DNA of 64,000 nt from Octopus vulgaris (lineage: Eukaryota), in contig OX597825.1 of the NCBI GenBank assembly GCA_951406725.2, forward strand, positions 75,454,001 to 75,518,000, read 5' to 3'. A program made the position numbers and the translations under genes. The notes below the pieces were generated by a model that was not told the DNA's origin, did no database searches, and was given only the letters and a program-made list of their open reading frames with translations. This document shows positions 37,780-50,854 of this stretch, in pieces. Position 1 is the first letter of the stretch, and every line of letters starts with the position of its first letter.

Positions 37780-40330
37780 TGGGGAAATTGTGAACCAGTA
37801 GCCTCTGCTTGACACCTCAAATTTGTTCAGGAGTAGGGCAATGTTTGTTGATCCCTTCCATCTTCTTTATGCTGATGGTCAAGCTGAAGGCTTTATATTC
37901 AGTAGAAAACTGGTTTATAAGTTCCTGAGCTTCTTCTAAGGAAGTTGCTACTAGTGCAGTATTGTCTGTGAAAAGTAGATTATGAATGATAATGGTATGT
38001 AGCAGTGTTTTGGCTTTTAAAAGCCAGTGATTTAATAACCAACCACTTGTTTGAAACTGGAATTTAACACCATTTTCTATGACACTAAGAGCATACTTCA
38101 GCATCACTGAAAAGAAGAGTGCAAGGAAAACAGGGAACATGACACAACCTTGCTTTGCACTATTTGTAACATCAAAAGAAATTGAAGATTCCCTGCTGAA
38201 CACAACAATAGCTTTCATTCCCTCATGAAAGAAAATAACATTCAAAATCTTGTCAGGTGTACTATGTTATTTCAAAACTTTCCAAATTGCTTGCTAGTTA
38301 AAAATCTCGAAGGCCTTAGTAAGGTCAATGAACACAATGAACAGTTCCTGATTTTTCTCACATACTGTTATATCTTTATGGATAAACAAATACACTGCAA
38401 CAGCATAATAACAATATAATCGAAACAAACGGTAGTAACCACACACAACATAACAACAATCTTTTATGAACCAATAGTCCAACTCGCTAACTCAAACTGT
38501 AAACTTTGAACTCCAACTTTGACTATTAACCCACGACTGTGGAGCTAGCACAAACTACCCTCCAACACAAATTGCCTCACTTGCTCAGACTGCCATTATT
38601 TTTATGTAGTGGTCCAGTCCATTCTTGTCAGGGAGCATCATACTCTTGCACAGCATGTACCTTCTCAGTAACCTGAAGGAAGGAAAAGAGTCATCAGTAC
38701 CACAGCCAGAGTGAAATCTGCACTGTGATTCTGGATAGATGTCATTTATGATATGTTAGATGATCCTGTCAAGAATGAATCTATTGAGAGTCTTACCAGC
38801 AATTTACAGAAGAGATATCCCACAATGATTATCACAAACACTTTTGTTCTTATAGAGGTATTGAACTGAGGCATCCTTAAAGTCTGTGGTGTATGACCTA
38901 CTCTTAAAATATTTATGAAAAGGTTGTGTAAATTTTTGAGAAACTTCTGTCCACCATGCTTTAGAGTTCAGGCAGGACAGCATGCTTGCCAGGTGCTTTA
39001 CAGAAGAGAGTTGTTCAACGGAATTCACAACTTCCAGGAAGGTTGACTCCAGAGACAATTCCAGTATTTCAGCATAATGTGGAATAGACATTATGACATC
39101 ATCATCAGTGACTGAGGTAGAGTTCAAAGTGGTTGTTTTATCATTTCAGGATGTCAGATTTGTCAGTTAACAGTGTCTCTCCATTGGATGAAAAAAATTG
39201 CAGTAACACCATGCTCTTGATGACTGTACACTTTCTTGAGGCCATTATAGAAAGCTTTAGGGTCCTATCTGTCTGCCGCATCTTGGAGTTCAGTAGCCTC
39301 GGATAACAACCTGGCTTTCTTCATCTGTCTAAGAGTACACTGGACCTAGCCTTTGAATTTCTTATATGCATTCTTTTACTGGATGAGCTCTTATCATTGA
39401 TCCATCTTTTATGAGAGCTGTGCCTTTTATCTATCAATTGTGGAACATCTGTACTGTTATCATTGAACTAATATTGATGTTTATAAGCAGGAAGTCTGAG
39501 AAACTCTAGGGAGGCAGAGTGTGATGTATCATGCAGAGCCTTCCAAGATTATTGAATGTTAACACTGATATCAACAGTTTTCAGTGCAGTGCCCAGCTTG
39601 TTAGAGAGTTCAGCTTGCTTTTCAGTAGTTTTCAAAGGCAGAACACTAATATGTTTAGGCCACTGATAACTTTTGTAGTCTCGTGTGTTTTTTGATGGAG
39701 CATAGCCTTACTATGAAGAAGGGAATGGTCAGAGAGATAGTAGGTGCTATGAAAGGAATGTGTAATGTAAAAGTCCCTTATGTCTTGCTTCTTAGTGAAA
39801 ACATGGTCTATGAGATGTCAATCCTTAGATCTAGGATGCATCCAGGATGTCTTGCAACAATTTTGCTGTTGAAAGAAGGTATTTGTGAAGCTTAGATAAA
39901 ATTCCTTGTAGATGGAGAGCATGTGCTGACTGTTAGAGTTCATTCAACCTACACCATGACAACCAAGTACATGTCTGATAATCAGTACCAGCGTGAGCAC
40001 TACAGTCAGCATAAAAATAAGTTTATCCCTATGTTAACAACTGGAGATGACATTATGAAGCTGGTTGTAAAAGTCATGATTTATCTGTTTAGAGATGGCC
40101 GTGATTGGAGCATAGCAACTGACAAAAGTGTTGCAATCAATTTGTAATGTTAGTGTCGTGATGTGATCAGAAATACCTTTGGATAGAAAGGGAAAGGATC
40201 AAATTATTCCTACCTTGATAGAGAGACCAACACCAGAGTGGCATAGCTCATTCTCATTTATTCCAGACCAGAAAAAGGCATATCCACCTTTCCTTTCTTC
40301 AATGACGATCCTACAAAACAATTTTCATTG
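37780..40330 (-). mobile_element. Old RTE/BovB-like LINE relic (second LINE family)
   Basis: ORF pieces FDVTNSAKQGCVMFPVFLALFF...NLLFTDNTALVA, DNHCGISLL and FIVFIDLTKAF; heavily disrupted. Confidence 0.8.
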
Positions 40331-40400
40331 AGTGCAGCTATGTTAATTTAAATATATAATAAAACTAATCTGCTTAAAATTTTCTTTTAAAATTTTTCAG

Positions 40401-40497
40401 ATTGCCATGACAAGAATACTTACTGGTGAAGAATATGGTTGTTTTAACATAAACAGGACAAAATCACATCTTCAGTATTCCTGCAAAGTGCTGAAAC
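40401..40497 (+). CDS. Novel receptor exon 7 (IAMTRILTGEEYGCFNINRTKSHLQYSCKVLK)
   Basis: TTTTTCAG acceptor; 97 nt; GTAAGT donor; phase 0 to 1. Confidence 0.85.
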
Positions 40498-40619
40498 GTA
40501 AGTTTTCATTGAACAACTAAATCAAACACACATAGCTTTGTTAAGCAATACATTAAAAATAATCAGGACCAAGAGTATGTTGGTGTGTTGTTTACTTTGC
40601 TTCAATCAGTTAAGCATTG

Positions 40620-41825
40620 TGAGGGTGAGTACAATCGGTCACCAAAATCCCCAGACTCCTTTACTGCCTCACAGGAAGTCCTTTCTTTGTGAACTAGCCT
40701 ACTAGCTAGGCTGCAGTGAAGTTCCTGTTTACAGTTCATCTGTTATCAGTCCATGGGCAGTGCCCTATATATAGCTTCCCCTCAGAACTGTTGACTGTCA
40801 TTGGAACCAGGAAGGTATTTTAACCATCCTGTCAGTGTCTATGGCTATTGGCTCTTTTGGTGACAGTTCATTGTCAGGGGCTTGTGTGACTTGCTTAAGA
40901 AAGCCTTTATTTGGTGGTTGAACTACTTGTTTGGGGCTGTCAATCTATTAATGGAAACAGTGTCTTGTCATCTGCCAATCAGGAGTTGAAATGATTTGTC
41001 TCCCGGATGTAACACTTCATATAGGCCACCATAGGGTAACTGAAGGGATTTTTATTGTGTGTCACAACAAACAATCACAAACTTTGCCCTGTGGAGATCA
41101 TTTGATATGGATGACCTAGGTATCATGTGTTGACATGGGAATAGGGTGTAACTGACTCACATTGTCTCTCAGTTGCACGAGATATCTTTCGATATCTGGG
41201 TCTGACGTTGTGTCAAAAGAACTCTCCCAGTACAGTAAGTGGGGCACCTTACTCTATTTCTGAGAAAGAAGCGTTGAGGTTTTCCTTTGGGGCAATGTGG
41301 ATTCCCAGCATTTCCCATGGATGTTAATCAAACTAGTTGGACCTGTTAAGTCTAGTTGTGAGGGATTCCTTCAAGTGGCAGTGAAATTTCTCCACTAAGC
41401 TGTTGGCATGGAGGTGGTAGGGTGTTGTACGTTTCATTGTGATACCAAAAAGCCCACACATGTCATTCCACAGGTTTGAGGTGAATGGGTCCACAATTGG
41501 ATGAGATGCTGTCTGGGACACTGAAATGGGTGATCCAGTTTGTGATGAAGGCTTGGCTGATTTCTTTTGTTTCCATGCCACAGAGAGTTATTATGTCAAG
41601 CCATTGAGTGAAGTGGTCCACCAAGGTTAGTGAATACGAGCAACCTTGTGAAGGTGGTAGGGAGCCTATGTGGTCAATGTTGACATGGTTGAAATGAACC
41701 TGTAGGGGTTTATAGCTGCTAAGAATTGTGCTTTGGTGTGCTGATGGATTTTGGATTGTTGACAGATGATACAGATTTTGGTCCACTCCCCAATTTGCTC
41801 CTGATCTGGTGGGCACTGTGGAAGG
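40620..41825 (-). mobile_element. Ty3/Gypsy LTR retrotransposon integrase relic
   Basis: HVNIDHIGSLPPSQGCSYSLTLVDHFTQW and RTTPYHLHANSLVEKFH (integrase core); LQLPYGGLY (GPY/F-like) near 41020-41045. Confidence 0.82.
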
Positions 41826-41829
41826 TAGA

Positions 41830-42737
41830 GATAAATGAGTGATTGTTGAGAACTTTACAAGATGTCACAAGGAATGCTGTCAGTGAGGTGAAAGTCCTCA
41901 GTGAGTATAGCAAGGAATTTGGTGTACAGGTAGGAGATCATCAGTGATCGATTCTCAGCACCCTCTTGTTTATCATAGTCCTCCAGGCCATAACCAGAAT
42001 TTAAGACAAGTTATCCTTAGGAGCTCCTCATGCTCCTTGTTCTTCTTGCTGAATCACTAACAGAGCTAGTGTGAAAGTTTCAGTCGTGGAAGCAAGAGCC
42101 AAAGTCTTAGGAAATAGGAAAATAGACAAATCACAAGTCCCTTCAGGTAGATGGCCCTGCTCAATATGTAAGAAGGACATTGGTAAAAACTCTATAAGGT
42201 ATACCCAGTGCAAGCTTTGGACATGTAAGAGGTATTACAAGAAGGTTAACAAGGAAAATAGACTTTGTGTGTGGAAAATGTGCAGGTAAAGGATTTATGA
42301 AGGCTTGAAAGCTATGAAGCCAGCATATACTGTTGGATGGATAATGTCAGTGTGCACATACAACAGGGTGTAAATGATTTAAGAGGAAAACTGGGTATAA
42401 GAAGTTTGAAATATGTGCAAGAGAGAAGACTGTGATGGTATGGTGATGCATATGGATGTGGACAGCTGCATAGAGAAGTGCCAAGCTCTAATTGTGGAGG
42501 GTACCTGTGAAAGACGTGGGATGAAGGAGTGAGAAAGGATCTTCAGACACAGGGCCTCACTGAGTACCCAGTGCTTTCTGTAAAGTGGTTGGTGTTAGGA
42601 AGGGTATCCAGCCTTAGAGACCATGCCAAAACTGAGAATTTGGACAGCTCTCTGACTGACCAGCTCCTATCAAATCATCCAACACATGCCAGCTGGGAAA
42701 TGTACATTAAACATTGATAATAATGATGATGATGATA
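41830..42737 (+). mobile_element. RTE LINE 3' fragment plus tail
   Basis: QVPSGRWPCSICKKDIGKNSIRYTQCKLW; TTAGGAAGGGTATCCAGC tail motif and (TGA)n. Confidence 0.8.
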
Positions 42738-43543
42738 CAAATATATATGTAGGCACACTTCTATAGGCTACCTTTGATGTTATATGCTCTAACGTTTTTT
42801 TGAAACAAACTTAATAGTGTTCAGTTAATCACTATACATATCCATCATTTTCTGTTAAAATGTCTTATTGACGAGTTTCATTTCTTCATTTCCCTGAAGA
42901 GAAGATTACACTGTTTTACACCATTTTATTCCTTTGGAATAATACCAGTGATATCTTCAAAACATGTGTCGGAAGTAAAAGAATTTGAATAACACTTGCG
43001 TTTAACTCCATTTATATATATATATATATATGAAATACAAAATGGGACAAGAACGCAAAACATCCGGACAACTAGGTGATACAAAAAGGGACAACAAAAC
43101 ATCCAGATAGATGATACAAAATACAAGGACGGGTCATTCGAAGCTTTCTATCCTCAGTCAAGAACCAGATCATCCTCGCAACTTTGGCTGATTAATCTTG
43201 AGATTGCTCCAATCTGGCCCTCCCTAAGGAAAAAAACTAAGCTAAGAGCATTAGATTCCTTGGAAGAAAGCATCAAATGTATACAAAAATAAGGATGGAA
43301 AAACAGACAATGTTACACAAATATAAATACAATAAAAATAATAATAACAGAACATAACAAGAGATGTCTTTCGACTGGGGATGAATTGAATTAAGCTGGG
43401 GTGTGTGGAAATGAAGCCTTATGGCTGAGATACAAAAATTTCACAAACACAGGGAAGAATATCGATGTTGTACAGACGGTGGTCAGACCCCAAAAGAGTG
43501 AGAAGTCCGGCCTATCGGTCACGTGAGAAGAGGAGAGAGAAAA

Positions 43544-43690
43544 ATAGAAGCAGAGGAACAAAAGAATTAAGGAGGGAAAAGAGAAGACAGAGAGAGTTGT
43601 AGAAGCAGATGGACAGAAGAATTAAGGAGGGAAAAGAGAAGAGAGAGAGAGAGTTGTAGAAGCAGATGGACAGAAGAATTAAGGAGGGGC
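43544..43690. repeat. Purine-rich ~57-59-bp tandem repeat (about 2.5 copies)
   Basis: GTAGAAGCAGATGGACAGAAGAATTAAGGAGGGAAAAGAGAAG repeated. Confidence 0.8.
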
Positions 43691-43984
43691 GAGGAAAAAT
43701 GACAGGGACATAGTGAAGTGAAAAGTGGAGGGAAAGTGAGTAAGAAGACAAGGTAAAGAAATGTGAGAGAGAGGGAACGAAAGAACGAAGAGTGGAATGA
43801 ACGAATAAGCATGAAAGTCAAATCGTCCAACCCATGCCAGCATGGACAACAGACAATAAATGATGATGATGTATGTGTGTGTGTGTATATATATAGATAA
43901 ATATATAAATAAAAAATAAGATTAATAGTAAGAACAGAGATAAGATTTAAGCCTGTCAAGAATATCTTGATTTCATTTACTTTC

Positions 43985-44158
43985 TTTTTCTTATTCTTCT
44001 TCTGCTTCTTCTTCTTCTTTTTCTTCTTCTTCTTCTTCTTCTTCTTCTGCTTCTTCTTCTTCTTCTTCTTCTTCTTCTTCTTCTTCTTCTTCTTCTTCTT
44101 CTTCTTCTTCTTCTTCTTCTTCTTCTTCTTCTTCTTCTTCTTCTTCTTCTTCTTCTTC
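43985..44158. repeat. (TTC)n microsatellite, ~170 bp
   Basis: Read directly; source of the poly-K/F/E ORFs. Confidence 0.97.
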
Positions 44159-44511
44159 ACACACACATATATTTACATGTACCAACATACAAATACATAC
44201 ATACATAAGATAACTATACACACATTTACATATACACCCACATGTATCCGCTTGTATGCTCATATATGTATTATTAAATTATTGTGTTCCTTAAAGTAAG
44301 ATGGGGGAGTTTGTTAAAGATTAAAATTTAAAATGGAGATAAGTAGGGTTGTTGGAGAATACCTACAGGGTGTTATGGATATATGTATATATGTGTTGTG
44401 GATATATGTATATATGCATTTATGTATGTACGTATACACACATGCACACACACACACACAAAAAGAAACACACACACACTGAATAACATATTTTTAAAAT
44501 TTATATTTCAG

Positions 44512-44738
44512 GCAAAAATTGGCTGTTGAAAGTTATTTCCTCTGAAAAACATAAGCAAAAATTTGTCATAGAAATATTTCAAGGCAACTTATCATCTGTC
44601 TCCAGAAACTTAACATGGAATCATTTTAGTGAATATGGACTCAATTATATTAAGCATTTTAGTCTGAAGACATACGAAGTTGATGAAATCACAAGTCTAA
44701 AACTCAGTTTCTTTTATAAATCTCTGAAAATCAATGAA
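44512..44738 (+). CDS. Novel receptor exon 8 (repeat 4, first part: RKNWLLKVISSE...YKSLKINE)
   Basis: TTTATATTTCAG acceptor; 227 nt open (overlaps ORF 44526..44756); GTAAAT donor; phase 1 to 0. Confidence 0.85.
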
Positions 44739-44898
44739 GTAAATATATTTTCTTAATCTATTTTAAAATATCTAAAGATGATTAGGAGGCAGACTGCATG
44801 TTTTAAGGGAGTAAATTTGATACTTCAAAATGGCTGGATCCAGATTCTTAGTCAAACTAACTTCCTTTCTAGTTCTTTTCTAAAATATTCTTATAATA

Positions 44899-45345
44899 GG
44901 CACAGGTATGGCTGTGTTGTATGAAGCTTGCTTCCCAACCACATGGTTCTGGGTTCAGTCCCACTGTGTGGCACCTTGGGCTAGTGTCTTCTACTCCATC
45001 CCTTGGCTGACCAAAGTCGTGTGAGTGGATATGATAAACAGAAACTGGATTTTATATGTATATATGTGTGTGTATGTGTGCATGTGTGCATGTGTGCGTG
45101 TGTGTATGCGTGTGTGTATGCCTTTGTGTCTGTGTTTGTTGCCCCATCACCTCTTGACAACCTGTAGTTGGGGTGTTTACATCCCTGTAACTAAGCAGTT
45201 CAGCAAAAGAAACAAATAAAATAAGTACTAGGCTTAAAAAATGTCCTGAGTTCAATTTGTTTGACTAAAATCCTTCAAGGAATTACTCCAGCATGGCCAC
45301 AGTCAAATGACTGAAACGAGTAAAAGAATAAAAAAATAAAGAATA
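44899..45345 (+). mobile_element. tRNA-derived SINE family A
   Basis: GGCACAGGTATGGCTGTGTTG...GGGTTCAGTCCCACTG...CCAGCATGGCCACAGTCAAATGACTGAAAC. Confidence 0.85.
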
Positions 45346-45509
45346 ATGATGGACAGCCCTAGACCTGTCCCTCACTACACACACACAACCCACCCTATCC
45401 CCTTTCAATTCTGACTCTCCTTTTTTCTCAACCTTATCACTGACCCTTTCCTTCAACCCTGTTCACTGCCTTATTCCTGCCCCCCATCCTCCCCTCCTAT
45501 TTATCATCC

Positions 45510-45926
45510 ACATTCAAATGGAAATTGTAGTTGTGGTACCTGTGCCGGTGGCACGTAAAAAGCACCATCCGAACGTGGCTGATGCCAGCGCCGCATTGAC
45601 TGGCTTCCATGCCAGTGGCACGTAAAAAGCACCATCCAAACGTGGCTGATGCCAGCGCCTCATTGACTGGCTTCCGTGCCAGTGGCACGTAAAAAGCACC
45701 AACTGATCGTGGCTATTGTCAGCCTCCCCTGGCACCTGTGCTGCTGGCACATAAAAAGCACCCACTACACTCACGGAGTGGTTGGCGTTAGGAAGGGCAT
45801 CCAGCTGTAGAAACACTGCCAGATCAGACTGGAGCCTGGTGCAGCCTCCTGGCTTCCCAGACCCCGGTCGAACCGTCCAATCCATGCTAGCATTGAAAAT
45901 GGACGTTAAATGATGATGATGATGAT
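45510..45926 (+). mobile_element. RTE 3' UTR/tail copy with internal ~66-bp repeats
   Basis: Four GTGGCACGTAAAAAGCACC-type units, then GGCGTTAGGAAGGGCATCCAGCTGTAGAAAC...GGACGTTAAA(TGA)n. Confidence 0.85.
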
Positions 45927-46904
45927 TCCTCTGCCTAGAATCATCTCCCATTGTCTTTTCTGTTTCCCTCTGTTATCGGAGCCAGTTTAAGGCCTTAACT
46001 TTGCAAGATACAAGGTAATCATCATCAGGATTGGTGCCATGGCATAAGCACTCAATCCATTCTGTAATGTAGTTGGCATTAGGAAGGGCATCCAAACCAT
46101 AGAAACCATGCCAAAGTAGGCACTGGTGCATGATGAAGCCTTCCAATTTGTTAGATCCTCTCAAACCATTTGACCTATGCCAGCTTGGAAAACGAATGCT
46201 AAATATGATAGTGATGGAAGTGGTGATGAAAGCAGTGGTGGAGTGATACTGTTGTTGCTGCTGGAGGTGGTGGAAGGAGTGGTGATAGTTGTAGTAGTGG
46301 CAGCATTAGTGGTGGTGGTGGTGGTGGTGGTGATGATGATGTTGATGACGACGATATTGGCAGCGGAAACGACGCTTGTGTCAATGTGATCAGCAAAACC
46401 CCCTCTCTCACAAAGTGCCACCCTACCACCTGAACAACTGAAAATACATCTCCAATATTGTTTAATTCTTACTGGTCTTTTCTGCTTCACTGCATATAGG
46501 TACCCCAAATGGTACATCTTATGGCTGAAAGCAGTGGGAGTAGTGTAAATTGTTGACTGTTCTAATGATCCTCAGAACTAAATCCATATCCACTCTTTTA
46601 ATTAAAATCAAAAATTCTAATAACGCATTGATGGATATGTCTAGTTAGGAGAAAAGTCAAGCAGTAGAATCTATTTATCAAACTTTGGTGACATAAATAT
46701 TATTGGTTGCTCAACTGATTGGGTGGTTGACTTGGAGGGAGGTGGGATGGAAAGTATTTAAAGTGTCTCCCCCATGAAACGTTGACACAAATAGAGAGTG
46801 CAAGGACAAACAACATCAACACCTTGACAAGAAACTGAAGCAAATCATAATCAGTGTTCAATCAGGTGAGTTATATTAATGATATTTCAAATCTATCATT
46901 TCAG

Positions 46905-47004
46905 ATAAGTTTGATCAACAATTTCACAGAGATTAAGTTCAGAACAAATGGAGGAAACAAACTTCAGGATGACTCGGTGATTGAATTTATCCGAATAACA
47001 AAAG
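46905..47004 (+). CDS. Novel receptor exon 9 (ISLINNFTEIKFRTNGGNKLQDDSVIEFIRITK)
   Basis: CTATCATTTCAG acceptor; 100 nt; AAG|GTATAT donor; phase 0 to 1. Confidence 0.8.
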
Positions 47005-48674
47005 GTATATGGTGTATCTGAAATTGTCTTTATTAAATGTTGTTTTTTTTTTAATGTCAGACACCAATATCATACACAGACACACTCATACACACCCATT
47101 CAGAGACACACACAGACTCATACATATGCCCATACTTTCATCACACATTCACAAACATAAACTGGTTGGGTGGATAATGTAGTGAACAGTCAACTGAGGA
47201 GTGTTTTCCAGAGGAAATCCAATCAGGAAGTGATTTTGTTAATGTCCAGGAATCAAGAATAAAATCATTTGAACTTTTCAGTGTAGAGCAATGTGGAAAG
47301 ATAAACATTATGGTTTGAGGTGATAGAGTATCTAAAAGTCATAGTAGTGAAAAGTGGAGAGATGTCATTATTGGAAAGGAAGAGTTCTAGAACAAACTAT
47401 CATGTTTAATTAAATCAAATGGAGAGATTAGTAAAAAAGTCAAACTCGCTATCTCCAATTTGGTTTTCATGCCTCTTCTCGTCTATGGTCATGAATGTTA
47501 GGTAATGACCAAAAGAGTATGACTGCAAATACAAGTGGCCAAAACGAAGTTCCTCCAAAGGATCTCTGGAGAAACTTGACAGGGTGTGTAGATCAGAGAT
47601 CAGGGACTCTCTCCAGGTCAAGCCTTTACTTTTTGCATTGAGAGGTCATGGCCCTGGTACTAAAGATATTCAATTAGAGTGTCATAGGAAAGATTCTTCA
47701 AGCCAGCGTTGGTTTGTTCACAACCTTGTTACAACCTGTGTTGAATTGTTTACATCAATGTAACTTAAAGGTTCAGTAAGATAGGCTAAAAAACTAATAC
47801 CAGACTTTAAAAAAGACAGTGCTAGGGTTGTATTGTTCAATTAAACTCTTCAAGTATTGCTCCAGTATGGTTTCAGTCTAATGACTGATGCAAATACAAA
47901 AATTGTGCCACAAAAGAAAGAAGCATTGAAACTTAGTTTTATATTCTTGGTGAGGCAAAATGTTTTATGAATATTTAGGCAGAGCTGATCTTTGTCAATT
48001 TGGAAACCACTGCTCTAGAGAAAAACAAGGGAAAATTCCTTAAAACAACTGAAAGTTCTTTATACCATTCATTGATCTCTTGGTGTTCTGTATTTCTTTA
48101 AGACATAACTGAATATTTGTTCTTGTCATTTCATTTCAATATCTATTTAGTCTGATGAAAGAGGGTAAGGAATTGAAGAGCCATTATGGCTTGGTAACAT
48201 GTACTATGTTTTCTTTAATTGATCATTTTACAAGCTTATGTAGTCATGAGCAAACATAGTCATCTTCTTGACTCTCCCAGTCTTTGGCCTTTTAATACAT
48301 TCAGGATGTGATACTTTGAGGGAGAGAAATCCACACCAATGCTCAGCTGGTACTCATTTTCAGCTGAGTAAACTGAAAGAAAGTGAAGTGCTTTGTTCAA
48401 AGATATAGCATTCTGTCCTGTTCAGAAATTGAACTCATTTCATTATAATCATTTGCCAAAAATCCTAGTCACTAAACCATAGACCTTCACATTCTCATCT
48501 GCTTATGAAAAAATCCTTAACTTCAATTCTTTCAAGTTAAAAGTCATGATCACAAAGAACAATAATTGATCCCTAAACAAGATACATAATAAAGGGAAAA
48601 TATAGGAACAGGAGAAACTGACTGAATTTTCCTTGATGAATGACAGGGATCTACCACCAACCACAATCATACAT

Positions 48675-49570
48675 ATAGCTGAGTCACCACCAGAACTAGA
48701 GGGGAAGTTTCAGGTGTGAAAGCAAGGTCTAGAATCGAAGGGACTTAGAGTCAACCTAGCAAAAACCAAAGTCTTAGTAAGTAAGAATGTAGACAAATCA
48801 CAAATCCCTTCAGGCAGATGGCCCTCCTTGATCTGTAGAAAAGGCGTAGGTAGAAACTCCATAAAATGCACCTGGTGTAAGCTATGGACTCATAAGAGGT
48901 GCAACAATATCAAAGGAAGATTAACAGGAAAGATAGTTTTTGTGCATGGCAGATGCACAGGTGCAATAAACACTGAAGATGTACAGAAAACAGATTCCAT
49001 CACATGCAAGGGGGAAAAATCTAGAAGTAATAGATAGCTTCCATTACCTAGGTGACCAAATCAGGGTAGATGCTCTGAGAGCATAGCTGCTAGAATAAGA
49101 TTGGCCTGGTCAAAGTTCAGAGAGATATTCCCTTGCTAGTAACAAAGGGCTTCTTGCTCAGGGGGAAAGATACACTGTATGATGCCTGTGTGCTAACAGC
49201 CATGCTACATGGCAGTGAAAGATGGGCTGTGACTGCTGAGAACATGCATAGGCTTAAAGAAATAAAGCTTGTATCTTCCACTGGATATGTAATGCCAGTG
49301 CACATACATGACAGAGTGTTAGCTCCCTGAGAGAAGAGTTGGACATAAAAAGCATCAGTCATGGTGTACAAGAGAGGTGACTGTATGAACATGTGTTGCA
49401 TGTGAATGAGGACAGCTGTGTGAAGAAGTGTCACACCCTAACATTGAAGGGAACCTGCAGTAGGGGTAGATCCAGGAAGACATGGGATGAGGTAGTGAAA
49501 TATGATATTTGAATGCTGGGCCTCACAGAGGCAATGACAAGTGACCGAGACCTTTGGAGATATGCTATGC
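48675..49570 (+). mobile_element. RTE LINE 3' RT fragment with Cys-rich finger
   Basis: ICRKGVGRNSIKCTWCKLWTHKRCNNIKGRL...GRC and LYDACVLTAMLHGSERW. Confidence 0.85.
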
Positions 49571-49572
49571 AT

Positions 49573-49740
49573 AAAAGAGTGAAAAAAACTACAAAAGGCT
49601 AATGTTATATGGTTAAAGAATATATTTAAATCGTTATGTTAGACAAATGTTATAAAATTTTAACATTTGTCTAACATAACGATTTAAATATATTCTTTAA
49701 CCATAAAATACAAGCCTTCTGTAGTTTTTTCACTTTTTTT
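49573..49740. repeat. Fold-back hairpin with a ~45-bp perfect central stem
   Basis: TATGGTTAAAGAATATATTTAAATCGTTATGTTAGACAAATGTTA, 8-nt loop, then its exact reverse complement; imperfect outer arms. Confidence 0.92.
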
Positions 49741-50004
49741 TGTCTTTTATACATCCAACCACGTGCTTTCACATACCAACTCTCTCACCTATATTTATAT
49801 ATATATTTCGTTTTTGTATTTGGTTTGCAAGATTTTTTTATGTGATTTCGTGTGTTGAAACATAATTTATTGTGTCTTGGGAGAATCATTCCCTTTTAGT
49901 GCCTTATTAATTTAACACTCATTTATTTATTTACTTATACTAAAATTTTCATTGCAGCTTGCAACCTTTTCAACAGTCATTGACTATATGCATACACACA
50001 CACA

Positions 50005-50058
<54 letters not shown>

Positions 50059-50098
50059 TAACGTCATTCAATGCTTGCATGTGTTGGACAATACATAC

Positions 50099-50153
<55 letters not shown>

Positions 50154-50253
50154 TTCAGCAAAAATTTAGATTCAAATGAATATCGTACTTAATTTAGATG
50201 CACAAGAATTCTGTATGGTGTTATCCATAAAAATCCGTGGGATGATTATAATC

Positions 50254-50402
50254 AATATAAGCAACAAGAATGACTCCGGTAATTTGGTACGATCATTTCG
50301 TACTACATTTTAAAACTGTTGTGATACTTACAACATTTAATAAAATGATGTAGTACGAAACGATCGTACCAAATTACTGCAGTCATTCTTGTTGCTTATT
50401 TT
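50254..50402. repeat. Fold-back hairpin inside a (TA)n-flanked element
   Basis: ATAAGCAACAAGAATGACT...GTAATTTGGTACGATC.TTTCGTACTACAT is mirrored by ATGTAGTACGAAA.GATCGTACCAAATTAC...AGTCATTCTTGTTGCTTAT. Confidence 0.88.
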
Positions 50403-50682
50403 GAGTATATATATATATATATATATTGACAGGGAGGGATCCAGTCATAGAAAATCTGCCTCAGCATATTCTGTTTGCCTCATGCGAGTATTGAAAAATG
50501 GATATCAAAATGATGAGATCTTTGAAATTGTCATCAGCTACTTCTTATGTCCAAGAGTTTCTTCCAATCTGAATGGCTCCTCATATGAAACAGGATTGGA
50601 CTTCTCAGATCACTGATAATGTTTGTGTGTTCCAAAAATACTTTTGTGAATTTTCAACTAAAATTTACTCTTTACTTTTCAG

Positions 50683-50727
50683 GGAAAGAAGAGAAACCAT
50701 CTCATATGAGCCGCAACATGACAATAG
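50683..50727 (+). CDS. Novel receptor exon 10 (juxtamembrane stalk GKEEKPSHMSRNMTI)
   Basis: TTTACTCTTTACTTTTCAG acceptor; 45 nt; AG|GTAATT donor; symmetric phase 1-1, so it could be skipped in frame. Confidence 0.7.
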
Positions 50728-50799
50728 GTAATTATTTTGTTTGCATGCATGTGTATATCCAGCTAGTGTTTCTGACATACATTCATATACACAGATGTA

Positions 50800-50854
<55 letters not shown>

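Noticed and set aside
43125-43175. Hammerhead-like CTGAGGA...CGAA on the minus strand
   Set aside because: No convincing stem II and the GAAA is incomplete; too degenerate to support.
43567-44299. Poly-Lys/Phe/Glu ORFs up to 199 aa
   Set aside because: (TTC)n repeat read in different frames.
45540-45765. Regularly spaced GTGGCACGTAAAAAGCACC repeats resembling a CRISPR array
   Set aside because: The spacers are homologous to each other, the context is eukaryotic with no cas genes, and it is part of the RTE 3' UTR.
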